A stretch of 64,000 nt of DNA from Acutalibacteraceae bacterium (lineage in GTDB: Bacteria; Bacillota; Clostridia; Oscillospirales; Acutalibacteraceae). The position numbers and the translations under genes were made by a program. The stretch spans positions 18,847 through 82,846 of the forward strand of contig JAZRKE010000010.1 of the NCBI GenBank assembly GCA_045646145.1. Direction: 5' to 3'. The number at the start of each line of letters is the position of its first letter. The stretch's first letter is position 1. Below are positions 20,990 to 30,792 of this stretch, piece by piece. The notes under the pieces are model-generated. The model did not search any database. It was not told where the DNA came from and worked only from the letters and a program-made list of their open reading frames with translations.

Positions 20990-21175
20990 TTACCAGCTTG
21001 CCTTCTTAACGCCCGGAATCTCGCCCTTGTAGGCTAACTCCCTGAAGCAGATACGGCAGATGCCGTACTTGCGAAGATAGGCATGCGGGCGGCCGCAGAT
21101 TTTGCATCTGCTATACTCTCTGGTTGAAAACTTAGCGGGTCTTGCCTGCTTAACTTTCATAGATGTTTTAGCCAT
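20990..21175 (-). CDS. rpsZ: 30S ribosomal protein S14 type Z (zinc form)
   Basis: 61 aa with CKICGRP...CRIC. Confidence 0.96.
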   Translation of the reverse strand: MAKTSMKVKQARPAKFSTREYSRCKICGRPHAYLRKYGICRICFRELAYKGEIPGVKKASW

Positions 21176-21187
21176 AATTCCTTCTCC

Positions 21188-21727
21188 TTACTTCGCAAAC
21201 GGAGCGCCCATGAGAGTAAGTAACTCACGTGCTTCTTCGTCGTTAGTTGCGGTTGTTACAAAAATAATGTCCATACCGCGAACCTTGTCAATTTTATCGT
21301 ACTCAATTTCAGGGAAAATTAACTGCTCCTTAACGCCCATAGCATAGTTGCCGCGGCCGTCGAAAGAATTGGGGTTAATACCTCTGAAGTCGCGAACTCT
21401 GGGAAGAGCTGCGTTGAAAAGACGGTCAACAAACTCGTACATTCTTTCTCCTCTGAGTGTAACCTTGGCACCAATTGCCATACCCTCACGGAGCTTAAAG
21501 TTAGCTACCGACTTCTTTGCCTTACAGGCAATAGCCTTCTGGCCTGTGATGATGCCTAAGTCCTTGATAATAGCATCGATAATCTTGCTGTTATCCTTAG
21601 CATCACCGCAACCTACATTGATTACAACCTTATCGAGCTTCGGAATCTGCATGACGCTCTTATAATTGTACTTTTTCATCAATGCAGGAGCAATATTCTG
21701 TTTATATGCGTCCTTAAGCCTTGACAT
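21188..21727 (-). CDS. rplE: 50S ribosomal protein L5
   Basis: uL5 sequence. Confidence 0.97.
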   Translation of the reverse strand: MSRLKDAYKQNIAPALMKKYNYKSVMQIPKLDKVVINVGCGDAKDNSKIIDAIIKDLGIITGQKAIACKAKKSVANFKLREGMAIGAKVTLRGERMYEFVDRLFNAALPRVRDFRGINPNSFDGRGNYAMGVKEQLIFPEIEYDKIDKVRGMDIIFVTTATNDEEARELLTLMGAPFAK

Positions 21728-21746
21728 GTCATGTCCTCCTTATCTC

Positions 21747-22070
21747 TTAAAAGGTTTTACCGCATTTTTTGCACATGCGTTCTTTTTTACCGTCAGCATC
21801 AATCTTGTGAGCTATGCGGGTAGGCTTGTTGCACTTGGGGCAAACAACCTGAACTTTACAAGCTCTGATGGGGCTTTCGGTTTCAATTATACCGGATGGA
21901 TCGCCGGCCTTGCGGGGTTTAACATGCTTTTTAACCTTGTTAAGACCCTCAACAATAACCTTACCCTCTTCCGGACTAACCTCAAGTACCTTACCGGTCT
22001 TGCCGCAGTCTTTATCGTCTCCAGTGAGAAGGATTACAGTATCGCCTGTTTTAACGTGAAGCTTATTCAT
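21747..22070 (-). CDS. rplX: 50S ribosomal protein L24 (with CxxC...CxxC C-terminal segment)
   Basis: KOW N-terminus (VKTGDTVILLTGDDKDCGKTGKV); C-terminus VVCPKCNKPTRIAHKIDADGKKERMCKKCGKTF. Confidence 0.95.
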   Translation of the reverse strand: MNKLHVKTGDTVILLTGDDKDCGKTGKVLEVSPEEGKVIVEGLNKVKKHVKPRKAGDPSGIIETESPIRACKVQVVCPKCNKPTRIAHKIDADGKKERMCKKCGKTF

Positions 22071-22085
22071 TTTTCTTACCTCCCA

Positions 22086-22454
22086 TTAAAGCACTTCCGG
22101 AGCGAGAGAAAGAATTTTTGTGTAATCTTTATCTCTGAGCTCGCGGGCTACTGGTCCAAAAATACGGGTTCCGCGCGGGTTCTTATCCTCACGGATAATT
22201 ACTGCTGCGTTCTCGTCAAATCTGATGTATGTGCCGTCATTGCGACGAAGACCCTTTGCAGAACGAACTACAACTGCCTTCACTACATCGCCCTTCTTAA
22301 CAGTACCACCGGGGGCGGCCTTCTTAACAGAAGCTACGATTACATCGCCAATGTTGGCATACCTCCTTTTGGAGCCTCCTAAAACGCGGATGCACATAAT
22401 TTCTTTTGCACCGGTATTGTCAGCAACCTTGAGGTAACTCTGTTGTTGTATCAC
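22086..22454 (-). CDS. rplN: 50S ribosomal protein L14
   Basis: [18 protein letters not shown]... uL14. Confidence 0.97.
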   Translation of the reverse strand: MIQQQSYLKVADNTGAKEIMCIRVLGGSKRRYANIGDVIVASVKKAAPGGTVKKGDVVKAVVVRSAKGLRRNDGTYIRFDENAAVIIREDKNPRGTRIFGPVARELRDKDYTKILSLAPEVL

Positions 22455-22472
22455 AGTGTTTTCCTCCTTAAA

Positions 22473-22727
22473 CTATTTAGCTTTCTCAATGATTTCAACT
22501 ACACGCCAATTCTTATCTCGTGATAACGGACGTGTTTCCATAATAAGAACTCTGTCGCCAACGCCACAGGTGTTGTTCTCGTCATGGGCCTTAAGCCTAA
22601 TAGTGTTCTTGATAATCTTCTTATAGAGCGGGTGCTTAACATTGTCTTCAATAGCAACTACAACGGTTTTATCCATCTTGTCACTTACAACGCGACCTGT
22701 TCTTGTTTTACGAAGGTTTCTTTCCAT
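22473..22727 (-). CDS. rpsQ: 30S ribosomal protein S17
   Basis: [21 protein letters not shown]... Start at the ATG preceded by GGGAGG. Confidence 0.95.
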   Translation of the reverse strand: MERNLRKTRTGRVVSDKMDKTVVVAIEDNVKHPLYKKIIKNTIRLKAHDENNTCGVGDRVLIMETRPLSRDKNWRVVEIIEKAK

Positions 22728-22741
22728 GTGTCTACCTCCCA

Positions 22742-22948
22742 TTAAGCGTTAACGCTGTCTTTAAGCTCAATCTCGCGGATAACAGTTTTTACGCGAGCGA
22801 TATCTTTTTTAACAGCATTTATACTTGTCGGGTTATCGAGCTGGTTAATGGCAAGCTGAAAACGGAGATTAAAGAGCTTCTCTTTAAGCTTTGCCAACTC
22901 TTCGTTAAGTTCGGGTAAAGATTTTTCTCTGATTTCTTTTGCATTCAT
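22742..22948 (-). CDS. rpmC: 50S ribosomal protein L29
   Basis: uL29 sequence. Confidence 0.95.
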   Translation of the reverse strand: MNAKEIREKSLPELNEELAKLKEKLFNLRFQLAINQLDNPTSINAVKKDIARVKTVIREIELKDSVNA

Positions 22949-23373
22949 TACTGCTCACCACCCATTTCCTGTTTTGTTACGAACTTGCATTTAATCGGAA
23001 GCTTGTTGGCAGCAAGACGCATAGCTTCTCTTGCTAACTCTTCACTAACGCCGCCGATTTCAAACATAATTCTGCCGGGCTTTACAACCGCTACCCAATA
23101 TTCAGGTGAGCCTTTACCTGAACCCATTCGGGTTTCAGCCGGCTTCTCGGTTATAGGCTTATCCGGGAAAATTTTAATCCATACCTGACCGCCACGTTTG
23201 ATGTAACGGGTCATAGCAATACGGGCTGCTTCAATCTGGTTAGAGGTGATCCACGCGGGCTCTAAAGCCTGAAGACCGAAATCGCCATGAGATACGGTAG
23301 TACCGCGAGAAGCTTTACCGGTTAAACGGCCACGATGAACTCTACGGTATTTAACACGCTTCGGTAATAACAT
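22948..23373 (-). CDS. rplP: 50S ribosomal protein L16
   Basis: [16 protein letters not shown]... uL16. Confidence 0.97.
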   Translation of the reverse strand: MLLPKRVKYRRVHRGRLTGKASRGTTVSHGDFGLQALEPAWITSNQIEAARIAMTRYIKRGGQVWIKIFPDKPITEKPAETRMGSGKGSPEYWVAVVKPGRIMFEIGGVSEELAREAMRLAANKLPIKCKFVTKQEMGGEQ

Positions 23374-24038
23374 TAGCGGGCTCCCCCTTCCTTACGTTTG
23401 TTTCTGCTATCCTGAAGAACCTCACCCTTGTAAATCCAAACCTTAACGCCGAGCTTGCCGTAGGTAGTGTCTGCCTCTGCAAAGCCATAATCAATATCAG
23501 CGCGGATGGTCTGAAGCGGAATGGTACCTTCATGATACTGCTCCGAACGAGCAATTTCAGCACCGCCTAAACGGCCTGAAACCATAATCTTGATACCCTT
23601 AGCGCCACTCTTCATTGCACGGCCGATAGCCATTTTCATTGCGCGGCGGAAGGATACACGCTTTTCAAGCTGTTCTGCAACGTTCTCTGCCACTAAAGTG
23701 GAGTTAACGTCGGGATTCTTAACCTCAACAATGTTGATGTTAACACTTTTGCCAAGCATTTTCTCGCAATTAGCTCTTAACTTTTCGATTTCCGAACCGT
23801 TGCGGCCGATTACGATACCGGGCTTTGCACAGTGGATGTTAAGGCGGATTTTCGAAGCGGTACGCTCGATTTCAACCTTAGGCACACCGGCACTCTGCAG
23901 TGTTTTCTTTAAATACTTACGGAGGTTATAGTCCTCAACCAAAGTATCTCCGAATACATTGTCGCCTACGAACCAACGGGAATCCCAATTTTTAATTACG
24001 CCTACACGGTAACCGTGCGGATTAACCTTCTGGCCCAT
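23373..24038 (-). CDS. rpsC: 30S ribosomal protein S3
   Basis: [14 protein letters not shown]... uS3. Confidence 0.97.
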   Translation of the reverse strand: MGQKVNPHGYRVGVIKNWDSRWFVGDNVFGDTLVEDYNLRKYLKKTLQSAGVPKVEIERTASKIRLNIHCAKPGIVIGRNGSEIEKLRANCEKMLGKSVNINIVEVKNPDVNSTLVAENVAEQLEKRVSFRRAMKMAIGRAMKSGAKGIKIMVSGRLGGAEIARSEQYHEGTIPLQTIRADIDYGFAEADTTYGKLGVKVWIYKGEVLQDSRNKRKEGGAR

Positions 24039-24054
24039 AATTTAACCTCCTTAA

Positions 24055-24393
24055 TTAATCTTCACGTTCTTTAAGAACGATGGTCATATGGCTAGTTCTC
24101 TTCAAAATGCGATGAGCACGGCCATGATCCTTCGGACGAATTCTCTTGAGAGTCGGTCCGGGGCATACAAAACACTCAGCAACATAGAGCTTATTTACAT
24201 CCATATTGTGATTGTTCTGAGCATTAGCGATTGCTGATGCTAATAACTTTTCTAAATACTCACAAGCAGATTTGGGAGTGAATTTGAGAATAGCCATAGC
24301 CTTGTCAGCATCTTGATTACGGATTAAATCCATAACAATCTTCACCTTACGGGGTGAAATACGAGCGTATTTTAAAATAGCTCTTGCTTCCAT
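24055..24393 (-). CDS. rplV: 50S ribosomal protein L22
   Basis: uL22 sequence. Confidence 0.96.
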   Translation of the reverse strand: MEARAILKYARISPRKVKIVMDLIRNQDADKAMAILKFTPKSACEYLEKLLASAIANAQNNHNMDVNKLYVAECFVCPGPTLKRIRPKDHGRAHRILKRTSHMTIVLKERED

Positions 24394-24414
24394 TGTTTAT
24401 TCTCTCCTCTCTGC

Positions 24415-24687
24415 TTATTTTGTGGTTTTTGCACCGGCGTGTCCCTTAAATGTTCTTGTGGGAGCAAACTCGCCGAGCTTGTGGCCAACCATATCCTCAG
24501 TTACATATACCGGTACGTGCTTACGACCGTCATGAACTGCTATTGTATGTCCAACGAAATCAGGGAATATGGTTGAGGAACGCGACCAGGTCTTAAGAAC
24601 TCTCTTTTCACCGGCTTGGTTCATTTCTTGGATTCTTTTCAGCAACACAGGTTGCACGAAAGGTCCCTTTTTAATGCTTCTACCCAT
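24415..24687 (-). CDS. rpsS: 30S ribosomal protein S19
   Basis: [10 protein letters not shown]... uS19. Confidence 0.97.
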   Translation of the reverse strand: MGRSIKKGPFVQPVLLKRIQEMNQAGEKRVLKTWSRSSTIFPDFVGHTIAVHDGRKHVPVYVTEDMVGHKLGEFAPTRTFKGHAGAKTTK

Positions 24688-24709
24688 TATTATTCTCCTT
24701 TACCGTAGA

Positions 24710-25540
24710 CTACTTAGAACGACGCTTTACAATGTACTTGTTGGAGCGGTTCTTCTTGTTTCTGGTCTTATAACCGAGAGCGGGCTTGCCCCACGGTGTT
24801 ACAGGACCAGGACGACCGATGGGGGATTTACCCTCACCACCACCGTGCGGGTGGTCGCACGGGTTCATTACAGAACCACGAACTGTCGGACGCCATCCCA
24901 TATGACGCTTACGACCTGCTTTACCGTAATTTACGTTGCTGTGCTCAGGATTACTTACCTGACCTACGGTTGCCATACAGTTTGCAGGAACATTACGAAG
25001 CTCGCTGGACGGCAGACGAAGAAGTGCCATGCCGTTTTCCTTAGCCATAAGCTGAGCCATGTTACCGGCACTACGGGCAAGCTGTGCGCCCTTTCCGGGA
25101 TAAAGCTCAATGTTATGAACGAAGGTACCAACGGGTATATTGTTGAGCGGTAAAGCGTTACCGGGCTTAATATCAGCATCGGGTCCGCTAACTATAACAT
25201 CGCCTACCTTTAATCCGATAGGTGCGATAATATAACGCTTCTCGCCATCCTCATACTGAACGAGGGCGATGAATGCAGAACGGTTCGGGTCATACTCTAA
25301 GGTCATAACGGTAGCATTTACGCCAAAACGCTCACGCTTAAAGTCGATAACTCTGTACTTTCTGCGGTTTCCGCCGCCTCTGTGGCGAACGGTGATGCGG
25401 CCATAACTGTTACGACCTGCATTTTTCTTTAAGGGTTCAAGTAAGCTTCTCTCAGGGGCTACCTTGGATAACTCGGAATAATCCATTGTAGTCATGCCGC
25501 GGCGACCCGGAGTAGTAGGCTTATAATGTTTAATTGCCAT
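24710..25540 (-). CDS. rplB: 50S ribosomal protein L2
   Basis: [15 protein letters not shown]... The start is an internal ATG of the longer ORF-track frame. Confidence 0.96.
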   Translation of the reverse strand: MAIKHYKPTTPGRRGMTTMDYSELSKVAPERSLLEPLKKNAGRNSYGRITVRHRGGGNRRKYRVIDFKRERFGVNATVMTLEYDPNRSAFIALVQYEDGEKRYIIAPIGLKVGDVIVSGPDADIKPGNALPLNNIPVGTFVHNIELYPGKGAQLARSAGNMAQLMAKENGMALLRLPSSELRNVPANCMATVGQVSNPEHSNVNYGKAGRKRHMGWRPTVRGSVMNPCDHPHGGGEGKSPIGRPGPVTPWGKPALGYKTRNKKNRSNKYIVKRRSK

Positions 25541-25625
25541 TTGTTTCACTCTCCTATTTTGGCTTAGCGAAGTGCCTTTGCACTTCATACATCACCTGAA
25601 GCTTTACGCTTCAAAGGTCAGACGA

Positions 25626-25919
25626 TTACATTAAACCGTCAAAAAACTCAATCGGCTTAGAATCAGCTTTAAGTGTTACAATTGCCTTCTTCCAAGAGGA
25701 AGTGTAGCCCTCATAACGACCCATTCTGCGAGCCTTGCCGCGAACTGAAATGGTGTTTACCTTTGCAACCTCTACCTTGAAAAGCTGCTCTACTGCATTA
25801 GCGATTTCAATTTTGTTAGCATCGCTTGCTACCTTAAAGGTGTATTTCTTGTCAGCAATTCCTGACATACTCTTTTCGGTGATTACCGGAGCGATAATGA
25901 TGTCCTGTGCGGTTTTCAT
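25626..25919 (-). CDS. rplW: 50S ribosomal protein L23
   Basis: uL23 sequence. Confidence 0.95.
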   Translation of the reverse strand: MKTAQDIIIAPVITEKSMSGIADKKYTFKVASDANKIEIANAVEQLFKVEVAKVNTISVRGKARRMGRYEGYTSSWKKAIVTLKADSKPIEFFDGLM

Positions 25920-26542
25920 TATGCATACACCTCCTCGAATTTAGCTACTGCGCTCTTAACGATTACTAATGTATCGGCATTAATAATGTCATAAGCATTA
26001 ATGGTGTTAACCTGAGCTGACTTTGTGCCCTCGATGTTTGCAATACTCTTAACTGCAACTGCATTGTTATCAGCAAGAACAATAAGGGTTTTCTTTGCAG
26101 CACCGATAGCCTTTAAGCAGTCTGCAACAACACGAGTCTTGTAGGTTTCAAGGGTTAGTTCATCAAGAACGATGATGGAACCTGCAAGTAATTTATCGGA
26201 AAGAGCCGATTTGATAGCAAGTCTACGAACCTTTTTGTTGAGAGAGTAAGAATAATCTCTCGGCTTGGGTGCGTGAACTATACCACCGTGTCTCCACTGG
26301 GGAGCTCTGGTCGAACCCTGACGGGCATGACCTGTACCCTTCTGTCTCCAAGGCTTTTTACCGCCGCCGGAAACTTCTGTACGGGTTAAAGTGGACTGAG
26401 TGCCCTGTCTTCTGTTTGCGAGGTAGTTTACAACTGCCATATGCATAACAACTGCGTTCGGCTTAATGCCGAAAATAGCATCGCTTAAAGCGATTTCGCC
26501 GACATTCTTGCCGGTCATATCAACTACTGCTACGTTTGCCAT
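25919..26542 (-). CDS. rplD: 50S ribosomal protein L4
   Basis: uL4 sequence. Confidence 0.96.
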   Translation of the reverse strand: MANVAVVDMTGKNVGEIALSDAIFGIKPNAVVMHMAVVNYLANRRQGTQSTLTRTEVSGGGKKPWRQKGTGHARQGSTRAPQWRHGGIVHAPKPRDYSYSLNKKVRRLAIKSALSDKLLAGSIIVLDELTLETYKTRVVADCLKAIGAAKKTLIVLADNNAVAVKSIANIEGTKSAQVNTINAYDIINADTLVIVKSAVAKFEEVYA

Positions 26543-26559
26543 TTAAAACACTCCTTCCA

Positions 26560-27189
26560 TTAAGCTTTAACGCTATCGAAAAGAACAACTATGCCGCCCT
26601 TGGGACCGGGAACGGCGCCCTTAACAGCGATTATGTTATTTTCTGCGTCAACCTTGACTACGCTTAAGTTCTGAACGGTTACACGCTCATTACCTAAGTG
26701 GCCAGCCATTTTCTTACCTTTGAAAACACGTGCCGGGTCGATAACACCCAACGAACCGCCATGGCGGTGAACAGGACCGGTACCGTGAGACTCTTTTAAG
26801 CGTCCGAAGTTCCAGCGCTTAATTACGCCTGCATAGCCCTTACCTTTAGAGGTTCCGCGTACATCAACTGCATCACCTTCAGCAAAAATGTCAGCCTTAA
26901 TTAAATCACCAACATTTATAGCCGAAATGTCGTCAAGACGGAATTCGCGAAGAACCTTCTTGGGAGCTACATCACCCTTTGCGAAATGGCCCTTCATAGG
27001 TTTGTTTACTTTGGAAGCCTTCAAATCGCCGTAGCCTATTTGAACTGCCTCGTAACCGTCGTTTTCAACTGTTTTCTTCTGAGCAACCACACAGGGACCT
27101 GCTTCAATTACAGTTACGGGAACAACGTTACCGTTTGCGTCAAAAAGCTGAGTCATACCAAGCTTTTTTCCAACAATTGCCTTTTTCAT
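26560..27189 (-). CDS. rplC: 50S ribosomal protein L3
   Basis: uL3 sequence. Confidence 0.96.
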   Translation of the reverse strand: MKKAIVGKKLGMTQLFDANGNVVPVTVIEAGPCVVAQKKTVENDGYEAVQIGYGDLKASKVNKPMKGHFAKGDVAPKKVLREFRLDDISAINVGDLIKADIFAEGDAVDVRGTSKGKGYAGVIKRWNFGRLKESHGTGPVHRHGGSLGVIDPARVFKGKKMAGHLGNERVTVQNLSVVKVDAENNIIAVKGAVPGPKGGIVVLFDSVKA

Positions 27190-27260
27190 TGTTTTTATCC
27201 TCCTTGGTTATTGGTTGGATTTCTCCAACATGACCACGCCTATATATAGATGTAAGGAAA

Positions 27261-27572
27261 TTAGAGCTTAATTTCAATCTCTACACCGGCGGGAAGCTCA
27301 AGACCTGTCAGAGCCTCAACAGTTTTGTTGGAAGGTCTGAGAATGTCGATAAGCCTTTTGTGAGTTCTGGTTTCGAACTGCTCACGGCTGTCCTTATACT
27401 TGTGAACAGCGCGAAGGATTGTTACAACCTGCTTTTCGGTCGGTAGCGGTACCGGACCTGAAACACGTGCGCCTGTACGTTTAGCGGTTTCCACAATTTT
27501 CTCTGCGGACTGGTCTACAAGTGCATGGTCGTAACCCTTGATTCTGATACGAATCTTCTCTTTTACTGCCAT
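27261..27572 (-). CDS. rpsJ: 30S ribosomal protein S10
   Basis: uS10; first gene of the S10 operon; AAGGAGG RBS. Confidence 0.97.
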   Translation of the reverse strand: MAVKEKIRIRIKGYDHALVDQSAEKIVETAKRTGARVSGPVPLPTEKQVVTILRAVHKYKDSREQFETRTHKRLIDILRPSNKTVEALTGLELPAGVEIEIKL

Positions 27573-27877
27573 TAGATGTCGCCTCCTTAATTAGTTGGCG
27601 GGCAAAACTTACACCTTGCCGCGTGTTTCATTACGCCGCATTATAAAACCGGATTACTGGGGTTGCAGTAAAATCCGGGTACGGCAGACACCTGCCGCTA
27701 CACTTTCCGACTCGCAAGATGCCGTTAGTGTTCTGGTGCTCATTTCTTTCGCCCGGTTTAAAATCGGACATACTCCGCGGAAATTTCCTAACTCGAGGTT
27801 AGCCACCTCCCGCATCAACGCATGACAATACGCATAGCGTACTTGGGTATAATAACACACTTTAAATCAAAAATCAA
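27573..27877 (-). promoter_or_regulatory. promoter plus ~270-nt structured 5' leader of the S10 operon with a terminator-like hairpin
   Basis: On the minus strand: TTGATT (27872-27877), 17-nt spacer, TATTAT (27849-27854). The leader is GC-richer than its surroundings. It has hairpins at 27679-27701 and 27788-27802. A ccggatt..actg/cagt..aatccgg stem at 27649-27678 is followed by UUUU. Confidence 0.5.
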
Positions 27878-27928
27878 GTACTTTTTTCAAAAAATAAAAA
27901 ATTTTTAACTTTTATATTATATATGTGA

Positions 27929-27966
27929 AAAAATTGGGAGAAACTTCCTTTAGAAGTGTCTCCCAA
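27929..27966 (-). terminator. intrinsic terminator after the Na/Pi transporter gene
   Basis: Minus strand: tttgggagacacttc-taaag-gaagtttctcccaa + T6. Confidence 0.75.
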
Positions 27967-27975
27967 ACGTATTTT

Positions 27976-29661
27976 TTATGCATCCACCTTCTGAGAACCC
28001 GTAGGATTTACGATACTAAAGCCAACATTTACAAGGTGGTCGGCAACACGCTCAAGTCCCGATATTATTGATGAATAATAAGGGCTTACATCGGCGCTGC
28101 AGTTCCCTTCGGCAAGTCGTGCAAAGTGGCTTGCTATAAATGCTTTTTTCTTACCGTCAATGGTTTCTTCTAAAGCAGCAAGCTCAGGTAATTCTTCTTT
28201 ATTTAAGTTTACAAAAGCATCCTTAGATATAGCAAACATTTGCATAATGCTTTCACGCATTTCCGTTATACCGCTATACGCCTTATCGGAAAACCTTATA
28301 CTCTTATTAAGCATTTCTACACCGATTTCGTGGAAATTCTCAGCGTTATCTCCGATACGCTCAAGGTCGTTAAGAACATGAAAATACGTGCCTATTATTT
28401 TTTCATCGCTTTCTTCCACATTGGCAGACAGCTTAATTAAAAATTGGGTTAAGGCACGGTTAGTATAGTCGATAACCTCTTCATTATCTTGAACGGTTTC
28501 GCTGTACTCTATAGAGCCATTATCAATAGCAGCAAAAGAAAGCCTTGTGTTTTCCTCTACAAGTGAGAGCATATATTCAATTTCTTTCTTAACCTGCATA
28601 AGTGCAATAGACGGTGTTGTTAACAGTCTGTCATCAACATATTTAAGGGTAAGCGTTTCTCCGGTTTCCTTTTTATCCTTAATAACTGCGCAGGAATACT
28701 TAACTAACTGCTTTACAAAGGGCAGCAAAATACAGGTGGTAGTAACATTGAATATAACGTGGAAAGCGGATACCCTCATCTGAAGCGACATTTGGTCATC
28801 CCCCGGGAAGAGCGAAACCAAAAGATTTACCATTGGCTCCTTGAATATCCAGATTATTGCGGCAAAAATAACCGTTCCGATTGTATTAAAGGTAAAGTGG
28901 ATAAGAGCTACACGCTTTGAATTAGCATTAGCACCAACCGATGCAAGCAATGCGGTTACACAGGTACCGATATTTGCACCAAGTACGATAAATAGTGCCA
29001 TATCAAGCGGCAATACACCTGCACCCACCATTGTAATTACAACACCTGTAGAAGCAGACGAGCTTTGAATAAGGGCGGTAAAGATAACACCCACAAGGAT
29101 TAAAAGTAACGGAAAATCTATTCTTTGGAAGATATCTGTAAACATACCTTCAACAAGCGGATTACCAAAAGCCTGCTCGCTACTCATTACTTCAAGACCT
29201 ACGAAAATAAGTCCCAAACCACAACAAAGGCTACCTGCAATTTTTACTTTTTCCTTTTTGAAAAAGCCCATCATAACACCCGCAAAGGCAAGCAGGTACA
29301 TCGCCATATTAAAATAATCATTTTTTAAAGCTACCAATACGCCCGTAATGGTTGTACCAATATTCGCGCCCATAATAATTGGGGTTGCCTGCATAAGCGT
29401 CATAACACCTGCGTTTACAAGACCGATAACCATTACCGATGTTGCCGATGAGCTTTGAATAATCGCTGTTACACCCGCACCAATTCCAACACCTGAAAAA
29501 CGATTGTTACTGATTTTTTCAAGCAAACGCTTCATCCCCGAGCCTGCGCTCTTTTCCAAGGCGTCGCCCATAAAATTCATACCAACTATGAATACTCCAA
29601 CACCTGCCAATAGCCAGATAAGGCTCTCAATCAACTGCATAACTTCTCCTGAAGATACCAT
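27976..29661 (-). CDS. Na/Pi cotransporter family protein with C-terminal PhoU-like domain
   Basis: 561 aa. N-terminal polytopic domain with duplicated ...QSSSA(T/S)... motifs; C-terminal helical PhoU-type repeats (LERIGD, LERVAD). AGGAG RBS. Confidence 0.85.
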   Translation of the reverse strand: MVSSGEVMQLIESLIWLLAGVGVFIVGMNFMGDALEKSAGSGMKRLLEKISNNRFSGVGIGAGVTAIIQSSSATSVMVIGLVNAGVMTLMQATPIIMGANIGTTITGVLVALKNDYFNMAMYLLAFAGVMMGFFKKEKVKIAGSLCCGLGLIFVGLEVMSSEQAFGNPLVEGMFTDIFQRIDFPLLLILVGVIFTALIQSSSASTGVVITMVGAGVLPLDMALFIVLGANIGTCVTALLASVGANANSKRVALIHFTFNTIGTVIFAAIIWIFKEPMVNLLVSLFPGDDQMSLQMRVSAFHVIFNVTTTCILLPFVKQLVKYSCAVIKDKKETGETLTLKYVDDRLLTTPSIALMQVKKEIEYMLSLVEENTRLSFAAIDNGSIEYSETVQDNEEVIDYTNRALTQFLIKLSANVEESDEKIIGTYFHVLNDLERIGDNAENFHEIGVEMLNKSIRFSDKAYSGITEMRESIMQMFAISKDAFVNLNKEELPELAALEETIDGKKKAFIASHFARLAEGNCSADVSPYYSSIISGLERVADHLVNVGFSIVNPTGSQKVDA

Positions 29662-29787
29662 GTTTTTTCTCCTTTTTCTATTTTTTTACAATGAATATTA
29701 TACCCGTTGACTTTTAATAAGTAAAATAGTATAATATTATAAAGTTCATATAATTTTAGTTATTAAATTATTATAGGGGAGTTTGCT

Positions 29788-30672
29788 ATGACCATACGGC
29801 ATCTTAAGATTTTTATATGCGTTTGTAAGCACAACAGTATGACAAAGGCTGCCGAAGAACTTTTTATTGCTCAGCCTGCCGTTAGTAATGCTATTGCCGA
29901 AATTGAGAAAAATTATAATGTGAAATTGTTCGAGCGTATAAATAAACGCCTGTTTTTAACCGATGAAGGCAAAAGCCTGCTTATAAAAGCACGAGAAGTT
30001 ATTTCGGCTTTCGACGAATTTGAAGAGCAAGCACTTAATTCTTCAAAAAAGCCGCTTTTAAAAATAGGCTCGTCGCTCACTATAGGTAAGCAGAAGCTAC
30101 CTTGCCTTTTGCGAAATCTTAAAGAAAGCTTTCCGGATATAGATTTCCAAATTTCCATTAACCAAACCTCAATAATAGAGAATAAAATTTTAAATGGCAT
30201 GCTTGACTTTGCCTTTATCCAAGGCAAGCCATCCAACCAAAATATAAAATCCCGCCTTGTTGACTGCAACACTTTAATCGCTGTATGCGGCAAAAAATAT
30301 GGTATGCCCAACACCGTAACACTAAAAGAACTTTGCGAATACGACCTGCTGCTTCGTGAAGATGAAAGTGTATCTAGAGAGTTTTTAGACCATATTTTTG
30401 CTCTTGAAAATATAATTGTAACTCCTGTTATGGAATCTATAAGTAACCAAGCGCTAATCTCAGCTGCCACGCAAAACTTGGGCGTTACTATTATGCCCGA
30501 AGCGTTACTCACCCGTCAGCTAAACAGCGATGAACTTCGCAAAATAACCGTTTCGGATTACGAGTTCACACGAAACTCCTACCTTATTCACCACAAAGAC
30601 AAATCCTTCGGCGCTGTTAAAAAAGAAATTTTTGATTTTTGCTATAAAAACTATAAACATAAGCAAAATTAA
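29788..30672 (+). CDS. LysR family transcriptional regulator
   Basis: N-terminal wHTH (MTIRHLKIFICVCKHNSMTKAAEELFIAQPAVSNAI) plus a substrate-binding domain. Divergent from the transporter. Confidence 0.9.
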   Translation: MTIRHLKIFICVCKHNSMTKAAEELFIAQPAVSNAIAEIEKNYNVKLFERINKRLFLTDEGKSLLIKAREVISAFDEFEEQALNSSKKPLLKIGSSLTIGKQKLPCLLRNLKESFPDIDFQISINQTSIIENKILNGMLDFAFIQGKPSNQNIKSRLVDCNTLIAVCGKKYGMPNTVTLKELCEYDLLLREDESVSREFLDHIFALENIIVTPVMESISNQALISAATQNLGVTIMPEALLTRQLNSDELRKITVSDYEFTRNSYLIHHKDKSFGAVKKEIFDFCYKNYKHKQN

Positions 30673-30734
30673 AAGGAGGATAACTTAAGGCATGCTCCTT
30701 TGCGGAGTGTGCCTTAAGTTATATTGTCTGTGAC

Positions 30735-30775
30735 AAAAGAAATTGGGAGACACTTCGTAAGGAAGTATCTCCCAA
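30735..30775 (-). terminator. intrinsic terminator after thrS
   Basis: Minus strand: tttgggagatacttc-cttac-gaagtgtctcccaa + tttctttt. Near-copy of the hairpin at 27934-27966. Confidence 0.7.
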
Positions 30776-30792
30776 AGGGTCGCTTTTATTTT

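Noticed and set aside
21666-22382. 238-aa plus-strand ORF. Similar long ORFs occur at 19227-19625, 19863-20216, 23590-23931 and 24569-25153.
   Set aside because: These are antisense to highly conserved ribosomal protein genes. They have no RBS and low-complexity composition, as expected for shadow frames of strongly codon-biased genes.
27595-27860. ORFs of 76 aa (plus) and 68 aa (minus) in the rpsJ leader. I also considered whether the region is SRP RNA, RNase P RNA, 6S RNA, tmRNA or a known riboswitch.
   Set aside because: The ORFs lack an RBS. I found no SRP domain IV motif, no RNase P GGAAAGUCCGG-type core, no tRNA-like ends, and no B12, SAM, T-box or other consensus that I could recognise. 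It is kept only as an unclassified leader.
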